A stretch of 63,570 nt of DNA, counting the filler, from Octopus bimaculoides (lineage: Eukaryota), in the NCBI RefSeq assembly GCF_001194135.2. It is 3 parts of 2 records of this genome, joined end to end, with 100 filler letters (N's around TTAATTAATTAA, not from the genome) between each part and the next. Parts side by side here need not be neighbours in the genome. Positions count along the whole stretch, not along the records: positions 25,442 to 56,937 come from NC_069006.1; positions 57,038 to 63,570 come from NC_069006.1; 1 more part is not named here. One strand, written 5' to 3'. Numbering within the stretch: the first letter of the stretch is position 1; each line of letters opens with the position of its first letter. The notes beneath the pieces were generated by a model. The model worked only from the letters and a program-made list of their open reading frames with translations. It had not been told where the DNA came from and ran no database searches. This document shows positions 53,788 to 63,570 of the stretch, one piece after another. The translations under genes and the position numbers were made by a program.

Positions 53788-54126
53788 GGATCTTTTTGGT
53801 TTGACAGGCAACGTTTGTCATTTATGTTTTATGTAGTGTTTTTGGTATCGAAACACTTTCAAACTTCGAATACTTGTATATTTTGTGTTATAGAACAGAT
53901 AAAAAATTTTGTATTCGAAGTTATTTCATGTAAAAAATTGTCGTATTTCGGTAATTTCAGAAATTACAGAAATACAACAACTTTAACATGAAATAACTTA
54001 TTAAGAAGTAATTTTTGTTAAGAAGGCTAAGAGAAAAAGATGTTTTATATGACACATTCTACCAGTATCCCAAGTTTGAAAGTTTCGTTAAGGAAACAAG
54101 TGTTGCCCGTCAAACCAAAAAGATCC
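53788..54126. mobile_element. Palindromic MITE with GG...CC termini and 8-bp TSD (Merlin-like)
   Basis: TIRs ggatctttttggtttgacaggcaac / gttgcccgtcaaaccaaaaagatcc; perfect TSD caacatga at 53780-53787 and 54127-54134; further internal inverted symmetry. The superfamily call is an inference. Confidence 0.75.
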
Positions 54127-54323
54127 CAACATGATATTGGTTTATACATTTTAAATGTATTTTTGGAATTAATTGATATCAAGTATTAATTTTAATACTA
54201 AAAATATTTTAAATATTTATATTTGCTTTCGTTAACGTAATAAGTTTGTAATTTATACTAAATTCCAAGAGATAAAAGAAAAACAATTCAAGTGTATAAA
54301 CTGATAAAGTGGAAAATATATTT

Positions 54324-54460
54324 TATGTATACTGTTTACATTAGTTGGGCTGGTGTCTTCATCTTGATTGTTGCTTTCATTATGTTTCTGTACAACAGCC
54401 GAAATATAAGCAACAATCAAGATGAGGACACCAGTCTGACTAATTGAAACAGTGTACATA
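54324..54460 (+). repeat. Short inverted repeat / stem-loop (51-53-bp arms, ~31-nt loop)
   Basis: 54410-54460 is the reverse complement of 54324-54374 with 7 differences. Confidence 0.85.
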
Positions 54461-56591
54461 ATATAAATCCCTCATCTCAGAAATATAGAATTGTATGATC
54501 CAATTGGTACATAGCCAACATAAGACATCAATGGAGGTTTTATAAGCCTCTTTGTTTAATAACAACTGGAATAGTATAGTGAATGAAGACGTTGGTTAAT
54601 GCAGTGCAGTCACTTATAGGTAACAGACGAAGACACCAGTCCAACTAATTTAAACAGTGTGCTTTATATAAATTCTTAATCTCAGAAATATAGAACTATA
54701 TTAACTTTTATGGTCTAGGGATCTGTGATAAAGACAATAATAGATGGGAGGAACCACTAAATTGGGACAAATGTAGATTCACACCTCTCATTAGCCCCCA
54801 TTATTTGGTAGGTTTAAATTATTTGACGAATTTTACTGTAACACCAGTCTCATGTGACGGGTTTGGACATTTGGAATAGCTGTCGTTACCTCTTAGAAAG
54901 CAAAAAAAGGCAAGGAATTGAGCGATTATTTTATTTCTGTGACAGATAATTTTTGTTCAAAGAATGAAATTTCTCCTGTTTAAAAAATTTCTTTTACATT
55001 TATACCTCCGAGTTCTGTGTCTTTTTTTGGGGAAAGTTTTGCTATTACCCGCTGGCTTCCACTCTATATCGGGACAAAGACGACTCTTGCTGATATAATA
55101 ACAGTGACTAATTTAATTTCTATCATTCATTAGATGAGAAACTAATGGCAAAATTTGAACGTATCTTTCTTATCGTCTTTGTTCATATCCAGAGGTGTTA
55201 TTAATGAGCAAATATGTTTCTGTCATCATTCTTTGCTAGAAAAGCACCGACTGACAAAATTTCAAATCTGTATGTAAAAAATTTACAAAGTTACAAGCAG
55301 ATATTGTGGACATTCCTCTTGAACCTGAATAATTCAAAATAACATGAACAAATAAGCATTACATTTGACAGATGAATATGAACACGAAAGATATTTTTAG
55401 GTGTTCTTTTTTTCTTACACACATACATAACATGGCCTCGCTTGGTTGGGACTACACATGTGTTACTTTGACATCACCATTCCATAAAATTTGTTTATGG
55501 GGAGAAAAAAATTGAAAAATATCAATAGATGTGTGAGTGAGAAAGAAATGAGGAGGGAAGTTTTGGGATGTGCTAGAAACAACAGCCACCTCTCCTTTAA
55601 ATCTCACATTTTCCTCTGAAATTATTGACAATTTTTTTTTAACCGAAAACGTTTCTCTCACGGGTTTTAAGTGCGTATTAAAAAAAAAAAAAAAAGAATG
55701 GCCAAAATCGTTTCGGACTGGAGTGGTAAGGGGGTGGCGGGAGTGAAAAAGAACATTTTCGAAACTTTTTTCTTTTTTTCTCTCGTGAAAAGATGCNNNN
55801 NNNNNNTGTCGGATCCTGTGAATTTTCCGAAACTCCTCCTCAACCCCTCGGAAAAAATTTTCCAGCAAATCTTTACATATACTCAATCTACAGGGTATAA
55901 GCGATTATTTGGTGAAAGTTTCATTAAAAAGTATCCATTTTTCTGGAAGTTACGAGGCAACAAAGTCGGTGGGGTATTAAACAGTAGCTATGCCTTTTTT
56001 ATGTAAAAGTTAACGGATTAACGTTAACTTCCGTTACGTTTTCATAGAATTAACGGATTAACATTTTGCTTAACGGATTAACGGTACCCACCTCTGGTAA
56101 TTATAAAAATATCTCGCTGACTTTCTATTCTTTACTCTTTTTTTATTAGTTTAATTTTGTTTTAATGCATTTAAGTTCAGAAATTTTGTTTATGCATAAC
56201 TTACTTATGCATACCTAATACTTTGTTTTTATATAAATGAAATTATAATACCTGTATAGGATCTTTTCTGTGAAAATTTTCAATTGATTTTAAAATTTCA
56301 AAAAGTGAGCCAAACAAAAGATTCCCCCCATATACAACGTGTTTTATTTTACCCCTAAAAGAAATAAATAGGATTAATATTCATTCTACTCTAGGCACAA
56401 GGCCTGAAATTTATGGGGAGGGCCTGTCGATTAGATCAACCTCAGTACGCAACGACGTAAAGACAGACGAAATACTGCTAAGCATTTCGCCCGGCATGCT
56501 AACGTTACTGCCAGATCGCCTCCTTAAAATTCATTAATATTAATGTTACAAATTGGTAGCTTTAATCATTATTCCAGCTTTCTTGTGTATG

Positions 56592-56895
56592 GCGAGCTGG
56601 CAGAAACGTTAGCATGCCAGTATGCTTATCGGTATTTCGTTCTGAGTTCAAATTCCGCCGAGGTCGACTTTGCCTTTCTTCCTTTTGGGGTCGATAAATT
56701 AAGTACCAGTTACGCACCGGGATCGATGTAATCGACTTAATCCCTTTGTTTGTCCCCTCTATGTTTAGCCCCTTGTGGGCAATAAAGAAATAAGGAACGT
56801 TAGCACTCCGGGCGAAATGCTTAGCGGTATTTCGCCTGTCTTTACGTTCTGAGTTCAAATTCCGCCGAGGTCGACTTTGCCTTTCATCCTTTCGC
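56592..56895 (+). mobile_element. tRNA-derived SINE (family 3): a full copy plus a partial tandem copy
   Basis: Near-identical to 11561-11791; the head restarts at about 56796. Confidence 0.82.
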
Positions 56896-56937
56896 GTGGC
56901 TAAAAAAGATGAAGCTTGTCGCGAAGCTCCAAGGGAT

Positions 56938-57037
56938 NNNNNNNNNNNNNNNNNNNNNNNNNNNNNNNNNNNNNNNNNNNNTTAATTAATTAANNNNNNN
57001 NNNNNNNNNNNNNNNNNNNNNNNNNNNNNNNNNNNNN
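56938..57037. other. Artificial scaffold spacer (44 N + TTAATTAATTAA + 44 N)
   Basis: Same layout as 25342-25441. Confidence 0.92.
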
Positions 57038-57057
57038 TATATATATTTATATATATT

Positions 57058-57112
<55 letters not shown>

Positions 57113-58018
57113 GTGTGTGTGTGTTTATGAGTGTTGATAGCAAAGTGTATATGTGTGTAGATATGTATGCATATATACAGCCATATATATATATATATAT
57201 ACATACATATACATGTATATATATATATATATCCTATTTAGCATTGATTAGTCTTTGAGGATTGCCAGTTTCTTAAAGGGACATTCATATTCTAGCATTC
57301 CGGCTTTCATTGCAGCTAATCACACAGCACAATCTGCTAATCCCGATTGGATTTTCATGAAGCTGCGAATCATAGCTCCAACATACGTATTTACATGTAT
57401 GTCAACCTATGAATTTTTGCGTGCATGGATGTCTCTGCGCGTATGTATGTCTGTGTGTGTGTGTATGTACACGCGCGCACACACACACACATATGAATAT
57501 ATATATATATATATATATATANNNNNNNNNNNNNNNNNNNNNNNNNNNNNNNNNNNNNNNNNNNNNNNNNNNNNNNNNNNNNNNNNNNNNNNNNNNNNNN
57601 NNNNNNNNNNNNNNNNNNNNNNNNNNNNNNNNNNNNNNNNNNNNNNNNNNNNNNNNNNNNNNNNNNNNNNNNNNNNNNNNNNNNNNNNNNNNNNNNNNNN
57701 NNNNNNNNNNNNNNNNNNNNNNNNNNNNNNNNNNNNNNNNNNNNNNNNNNNNNNNNNNNNNNNNNNNNNNNNNNNNNNNNNNNNNNNNNNNNNNNNNNNN
57801 NNNNNNNNNNNNNNNNNNNNNNNNNNNNNNNNNNNNNNNNNNNNNNNNNNNNNNNNNNNNNNNNNNNNNNNNNNNNNNNNNNNNNNNNNNNNNNNNNNCG
57901 ATTATCGTCAGTTTATTCGTTCTACTTATGACAAATGCCTTCGAATACGTAACAGAAACCCATTTGGCTTATTTTCATAAAAGTATATCCGTTGGTGTCG
58001 TGCATTAATTTTTTTAGT

Positions 58019-58065
<47 letters not shown>

Positions 58066-58199
58066 GAATGCATGTATGTTTGCATGTATTTAAGTATGTA
58101 TGTTTGTTGTCTTAGTCTTTTTTAATTTTAGAGTAAATTTTTTTACCGGCGACCTACTTGGTAGCAAAGGTTGTGAAGGAAAGCATCTTGTCTTAACCA

Positions 58200-58480
58200 T
58201 CATCCTTTAAATCTGAAGAACTACTTGCAGATTTTGATAGTCTCAGATATCATTTCTAGCATTTGGATTAAAGATTTGCATTTTCTACCCAAGAACCCAA
58301 GTTCAACCCTACTTTGCTCTAGACTGAGTGGTGTGCATCCTGTTGCTCCAATGATAATAGGGACGAAGCTGGAAATGTATCTTTGGGTCCTGGATTTACA
58401 AACTTCTTTTCATTGGTCTACAGATGCCCATTACAGATGTTGTAAGGAATTAGTAATAATGGTACACCCCTCCCACGTGA
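58200..58480 (-). mobile_element. Possible 3' fragment of a non-LTR element with a restriction-like endonuclease (R4/NeSL/CRE type)
   Basis: Minus strand reads FVPIIIGATGCTPLSLEQSRVELGF..LIQMLEMISETIKICK*, resembling the PIIVGALG..LGF..GTVKICK C-termini of such elements. Pattern recognition only. Confidence 0.45.
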
Positions 58481-58804
58481 CGGATGGAATAACCTAGTCA
58501 CTATAAGTAAAGAGAATTACGTGAAGTACCAGAGTACGTTGTAGGTAGTAACAGATAGTCGTGTCTTTAATGGTTTTACTAAGTATATTGTATATAGGAT
58601 TATAACAAGAAGACATTGGTCGGCCCAGGGATATATTAGTAGACATTTGGCCAAGGTGCTGTGCAACGGGACTGAACCCGGAGCTATGTGGCTGGAAAGC
58701 AAACTTCTTAACCACATAGCCATGCCTACGTCTAAAGATAGGTAAAAAGACATACGTAATCATATCAGCGCACAAACACATACACAACGATAGATACCAC
58801 ACAC

Positions 58805-59637
58805 ATTAACGAAGCTATGGCACGCAGATTGAAGCTACATGACACAGATTGACCTTGAACTATGCTGTGTATGCACCCAAAATTTTAATGTTCTAGCTCA
58901 CATCTGCTGTTTACAGCAGTGCTTGGAAGGAAGATGTCTAGCGTATGATCGTCGTATTGACGATGACAGAGGAAGGTGTCATGGCGATACCTGCTCAGAA
59001 GCCTGTACACAGCTGCAGAAAGTGCATGGAGAGGAGTGTATGAGTCCCGCACACATGTACGAGTGGTTCAGACGTTGCCAAGAAGGCCGAAAAATGTCGA
59101 TATTGACGAACGTTCTGGGAGGCCCGCAACCAGCAGAACTGAGAAAAACATCGCAGATGTGCGTGCAACTGTGATGGGAAATCGTCGAATCCCCGTGAGT
59201 TATCAGAAGGTGTGCAGATGAGTTACGGTTCAGTTCAGTCCATTATCTCTGAAGATTTGGGTAGGAGACGCGTGTCTGCCAAGTTTGTGCCAAAACTGCT
59301 TTCAGCTGACCAAAGAGACACTCGGGTTTCTGTAGCACAAGCTCTCTTTGTGTCAAGAACGATGAAAACTTTGCGTAGGCCTCTGAGCAGGTATCGCCAA
59401 GCTTTTGACAAAATTTGATGGGAGATTTTCTGCTCAACTTTCTCTGTCATGATCAATGCGACGATCACACGCTACACACCTTCCTTCCAAGCACTGCTGT
59501 AAACAGTAGAAGTGAGCTAGAACTTAGTGCGCATGCACAGCAGAGTTCAAGGTCAATATGTGTCAAGCGTCTTCACTCTACGTGCTTTAGCTTTATTACT
59601 ATGGCAACAGTCTGGATACTTATTGATCAGACCACGT
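58805..59637 (+). mobile_element. Mariner-derived element: transposase N-terminal remnant followed by an inverted copy of the 5' end
   Basis: Translates to YEWFRRCQEGR..DERSGRP..SYGSVQSII..LG.RRVSAKFVPKLL (mariner HTH and WVPR-like motif). 59366-59600 is the reverse complement of 58805-59010. The right terminus reads acgtggtctgatcaataagtatcc in reverse complement, which is mariner TIR-like. Confidence 0.88.
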
Positions 59638-59727
59638 TCACAATCTGAATCAATCAAAATACGCACACATACACGTATACACTGTGGCAGCCACAGGTAC
59701 AAACACACACAAATACATGCTCAAGAA

Positions 59728-59795
<68 letters not shown>

Positions 59796-61543
59796 CATAT
59801 ATATATATATATACACACTCAGGCAACCTCACGCAACAAATATATACGCATACAGACTCACATTTACACATTCACATACAGACATAAATTGTGATGAAGT
59901 CAATTACACTCATAAATACACATTATATACACTAACATACAACGCACATGCATACACACACGCAGGTGTAGATCTACACACATACATGAACACTTTTTAT
60001 ACACTCGCACACGAAAGCACATGCCCGGATGCGTCTACGTTTTTACATACATATACATCAAAACGCATAAGCATATAAACACACACACACAAACACACAC
60101 ACACACAGATACACATACGGACACGCAAACCCATCTAAACACTCAAAAACACACATACTTAAATGCTTATACATATATACAAACGCGGCGCATACACACA
60201 TGCCCACGCATACACTCACACACAGAGACATACTCGTAAACACTTATACACGCATGCTCACACACACGCATTCACAGCAGACACACATGTCCACACACAT
60301 ATATATACACGCATGCTTCCATACATGCAGAACACACGTACAGACAATCCCACGAACATACTCAGAAAACATGCATGCCCCCCTCCCCCCCACCTCCGCC
60401 ACCACATACACATACACTCACAAACACACACACATGCATGTCCATACACATACAAACACACATATACACACACACGCATACTCCCACCCGCACACGCATA
60501 CTAACAGACGCGCATACACATACACGTAGAAGCATACTACCGTTGATCCAAAAAAAAAACCCCCAACAAACATTACTAACAACAGGAACAAAATCAACAA
60601 CAACAACTAAATAAATAAATAAACAATAACAAATAAACAACATCATCATCGCCATCAACAACAACAAAAGTAACAACTACAAAGTGTTTCAGTGTTGTTT
60701 TTTATGACATTCTGTTCAAACGAGAGTATTTGAAGAGTTACCTTGAGAACTTGTCATTAATTATCGCCCGTCAGATTCTGCCGACAGCAAATTCGCCATT
60801 TAAAAAACAAAAAGCAACACCCCCACCCCCACCCCAGAATTGTTGTTGTTGTTATTGTTGCTATGATTTGTTAACCTTATACGTCATTTCCGATTGCTTG
60901 TGTTTTTTTGTTTGTTTTTTAAGAGAATTTTTTTTTGTTCACCTTGTGTAAAGCCGCCATTTTCAGTGAACCTGTTCGCTACTGGTCTTTTTATTATCCT
61001 TTTTTGCAGGAATTTAAAATGTAATGATGATAATAACAATAATAATAATAATAATAATAATGGTAATAATAATAATAATAATAATAATGATAATAATAAT
61101 AATAATAATGATAATAATAAAGTACTACTATTAATAAAGACGATAATCTTGATAATTATGATAATAATGGTTTCTAATAATAATAATAATGATGTTGATG
61201 ATGATGATGACGATGATGAAATAGTATCAAGAGTAACGGTAACAACAACAATAATAGCAGCAGTAGCAGCAGCAGCAGCCATGATTTGGATCCTGCCTTC
61301 CCAGAAATGATGAAGAGACATGTTCGATTATGTAATCATCGATATGCGATGAGATAATTATTACGCAATCGCTTTTGATCATAAGTTTGCTCAGGCGGAA
61401 AGACCCAGGGTTAAACAACAACAACAACTGTACGGATTCCTAACAGTTTACAATCTCACAAATATGTGAATAGAGTTGATGAAAGAGAGAGAGCAAACAA
61501 ATTGTCCGACCTGTATTTATGTTGGTCAAACACACGCCATTGG

Positions 61544-62277
61544 CCACTGGTCACTCTCAGTTAATGCTCTTCGCTCATTTTTGATTAAATTATGCAAAAC
61601 ATATTCGCTTTTTGCATAGATTTATGTTCATTGGCTACTGGATAATCGCTGTGTTGATGACGGCTACTGAGTCAGAAACACGTGTGCACGACTGTCTTAT
61701 CACCAGACAACAAGGCTGTCTTTTTCCTTAAGTCAACTTAGAAAATATTTGATTCTTGAGGTTGTCTTCCCTTCTCACGTAGAAATGATAACAATTACCA
61801 CTTGGTAATAGTGACGCATCCACCAGATAGGGAGATAATTTTAATAAACAAAGAGGTTATGCCGTATGGTACCTCAGTACTTGCGTTTGTCTGTATTATT
61901 CAAATACATACCACTGGCCCCTGTGCGATATTTCTTCTAGCTCATTTTTGTTTAAATTATGCAAATTAACCTAGGCTATTAAATGTGTTCTACTCTTCTT
62001 TGTGCAAGATTTACGGCTACTGAAGATAAGGTTGTGCCGATGACAGCTATTCAGAAAGAAACATGTATCCACGACTGTCTTCCGATTTCCAGGCTACTAA
62101 CCTAGCCTTTTCTCTATTGGTATGTTAACTCTTTCTTGATTCTTGAGATTTCTCTCCTTCTTAATAGAATCATGTCTTAATTGTCATTTAATAATTGTAC
62201 CACATCCTGTAGAGAAGATAAAAATTTATGCTGCATGCTATTTTGGTACTCCTGTATTTGTCTAACATGAGCGGAAG
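61544..62277. repeat. Diverged ~367-bp tandem duplication
   Basis: Anchors ccactgg at 61544 and 61911; shared blocks gctcatttttg..aaattatgcaaa, ggctactg, cacgactgtctt and tgattcttgag. Confidence 0.75.
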
Positions 62278-62701
62278 TACCAGTTATGACATGCTAATGG
62301 CAGTGATGATAAGATAAGATTTAAATAACGATGCAGTGAGGTGTATTTCTGAATACCTGAATGTGTACATATGTCGAGATAATCTTTTATTAGAAGTATT
62401 TTCAGTAAGTATTACGGACATTTTCGTTTCACTCATCTTTGTAAATGCAACCGAGCAAAAACGTCTGCTAACCATTTCTCTTTGGTTAACAAATGAAATC
62501 TCGACGACGAGTCATATTTGGAAATGTAGACAAATATTTTCTCTCTATATTCTCTCGGTACTTCCTGTCATGTCTTTGAATAATCTACAATGTGGAAAGT
62601 CACAGTAGTAACATAAGAGGATCGAGTTTTCAATAAAATATATATTGAGTACCTTTTTACGCGATTCTAAAGACAGCCGTTCTTGAATCCACATACTCAC
62701 A

Positions 62702-62753
<52 letters not shown>

Positions 62754-63040
62754 TGTGTGTGTGCGTGTTAGGAAAAGAAAGAACGAGATATAGAATAACA
62801 ATTACAAGCCAAACATTCAATCTATTTGTCAATGAGAACGTTTAACGTTATTTACTGTTATTAATAAGGTTGTATTCCTGTCACCATTAATCTCATATCG
62901 GTGTTTGTGTGTGTGTGTATGTATATATATATATATATATATACATACATACACACACAGACATATCTATATTTATATATACTCATATGTAAGTGTAGAT
63001 ACATATACACACACACATATGTTTGCACAAACACAAATAC

Positions 63041-63077
<37 letters not shown>

Positions 63078-63472
63078 CATTTACATGCAAACACACACAC
63101 GCATAAGTATTAACACATATGGTATTTTTAATTTAACAAATTCTTCATAGTATATATATATATATATATATACACGCATACACACAGACATACACACACT
63201 CACACACAGTTGAATATGTTTACTCTGCTTTTGTTCCCGTTTTATTTTCTTGCTGTTGTTGTTGTCATTGTAGTCCGTGTTGCTCTATTTTTACTTTCTT
63301 TCCGCTAAATTTTGAACTGCTACGTGTTTTCAGTCTCACATCGGACGAAAGCCTATTTGTCTGAAGGTACATAGATGTGCATGTGGTATGTATGGCTATA
63401 TAAATATAGATTGTCACACGTGCGTATGGACATACACACATAATACACACATACATACACTCTCATACATAC

Positions 63473-63503
<31 letters not shown>

Positions 63504-63570
63504 GAGAACACACGAGCCACATAGAGAACATTCTACTTCATCAGCTACCCACGTTTTAACACCGGCGTTT

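Noticed and set aside
54253-54459. ORF with a hydrophobic stretch (GVLILIVAYISAVV) that could be the neprilysin type-II TM exon
   Set aside because: It coincides with an inverted repeat that is also duplicated nearby, has no convincing splice sites, and is too close to 52226 to leave room for the several missing M13 exons.

Overview
AT-rich, microsatellite- and retroposon-dense animal genomic DNA. The repeat families look like those of a coleoid cephalopod, probably Octopus; this is inferred from recall, not from a search. Two artificial 100-bp spacers (44 N + TTAATTAATTAA + 44 N, at 25342-25441 and 56938-57037) divide the window into three blocks whose adjacency the sequence does not prove. 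Block 1 holds the first two coding exons of an NDR/tricornered kinase (STK38-like, + strand). Block 2 holds 12 consecutive in-phase exons (405 codons) of an M13-family neprilysin-like metallopeptidase (- strand, VNAFY and HEITH motifs), lacking its N- and C-terminal exons. Nested antisense in its largest visible intron is a p67phox/NOXA1 (NCF2)-like NADPH-oxidase activator sequence with an intronless coding region (50876-51883). Its reading frame is intact except for two in-frame TGA codons, and the first sits exactly at the conserved Trp10. It is either a young pseudogene or, speculatively, a candidate for stop-to-Trp A-to-I recoding. The rest is transposon-derived: a decayed RTE LINE with many 3'-tail copies, several tRNA-derived SINE families, mariner/Tc1 fossils, hAT, Merlin-like and Tc1 MITEs, a Helentron-like element, and mini/microsatellites. 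Most ORFs in the supplied track are repeat artefacts.
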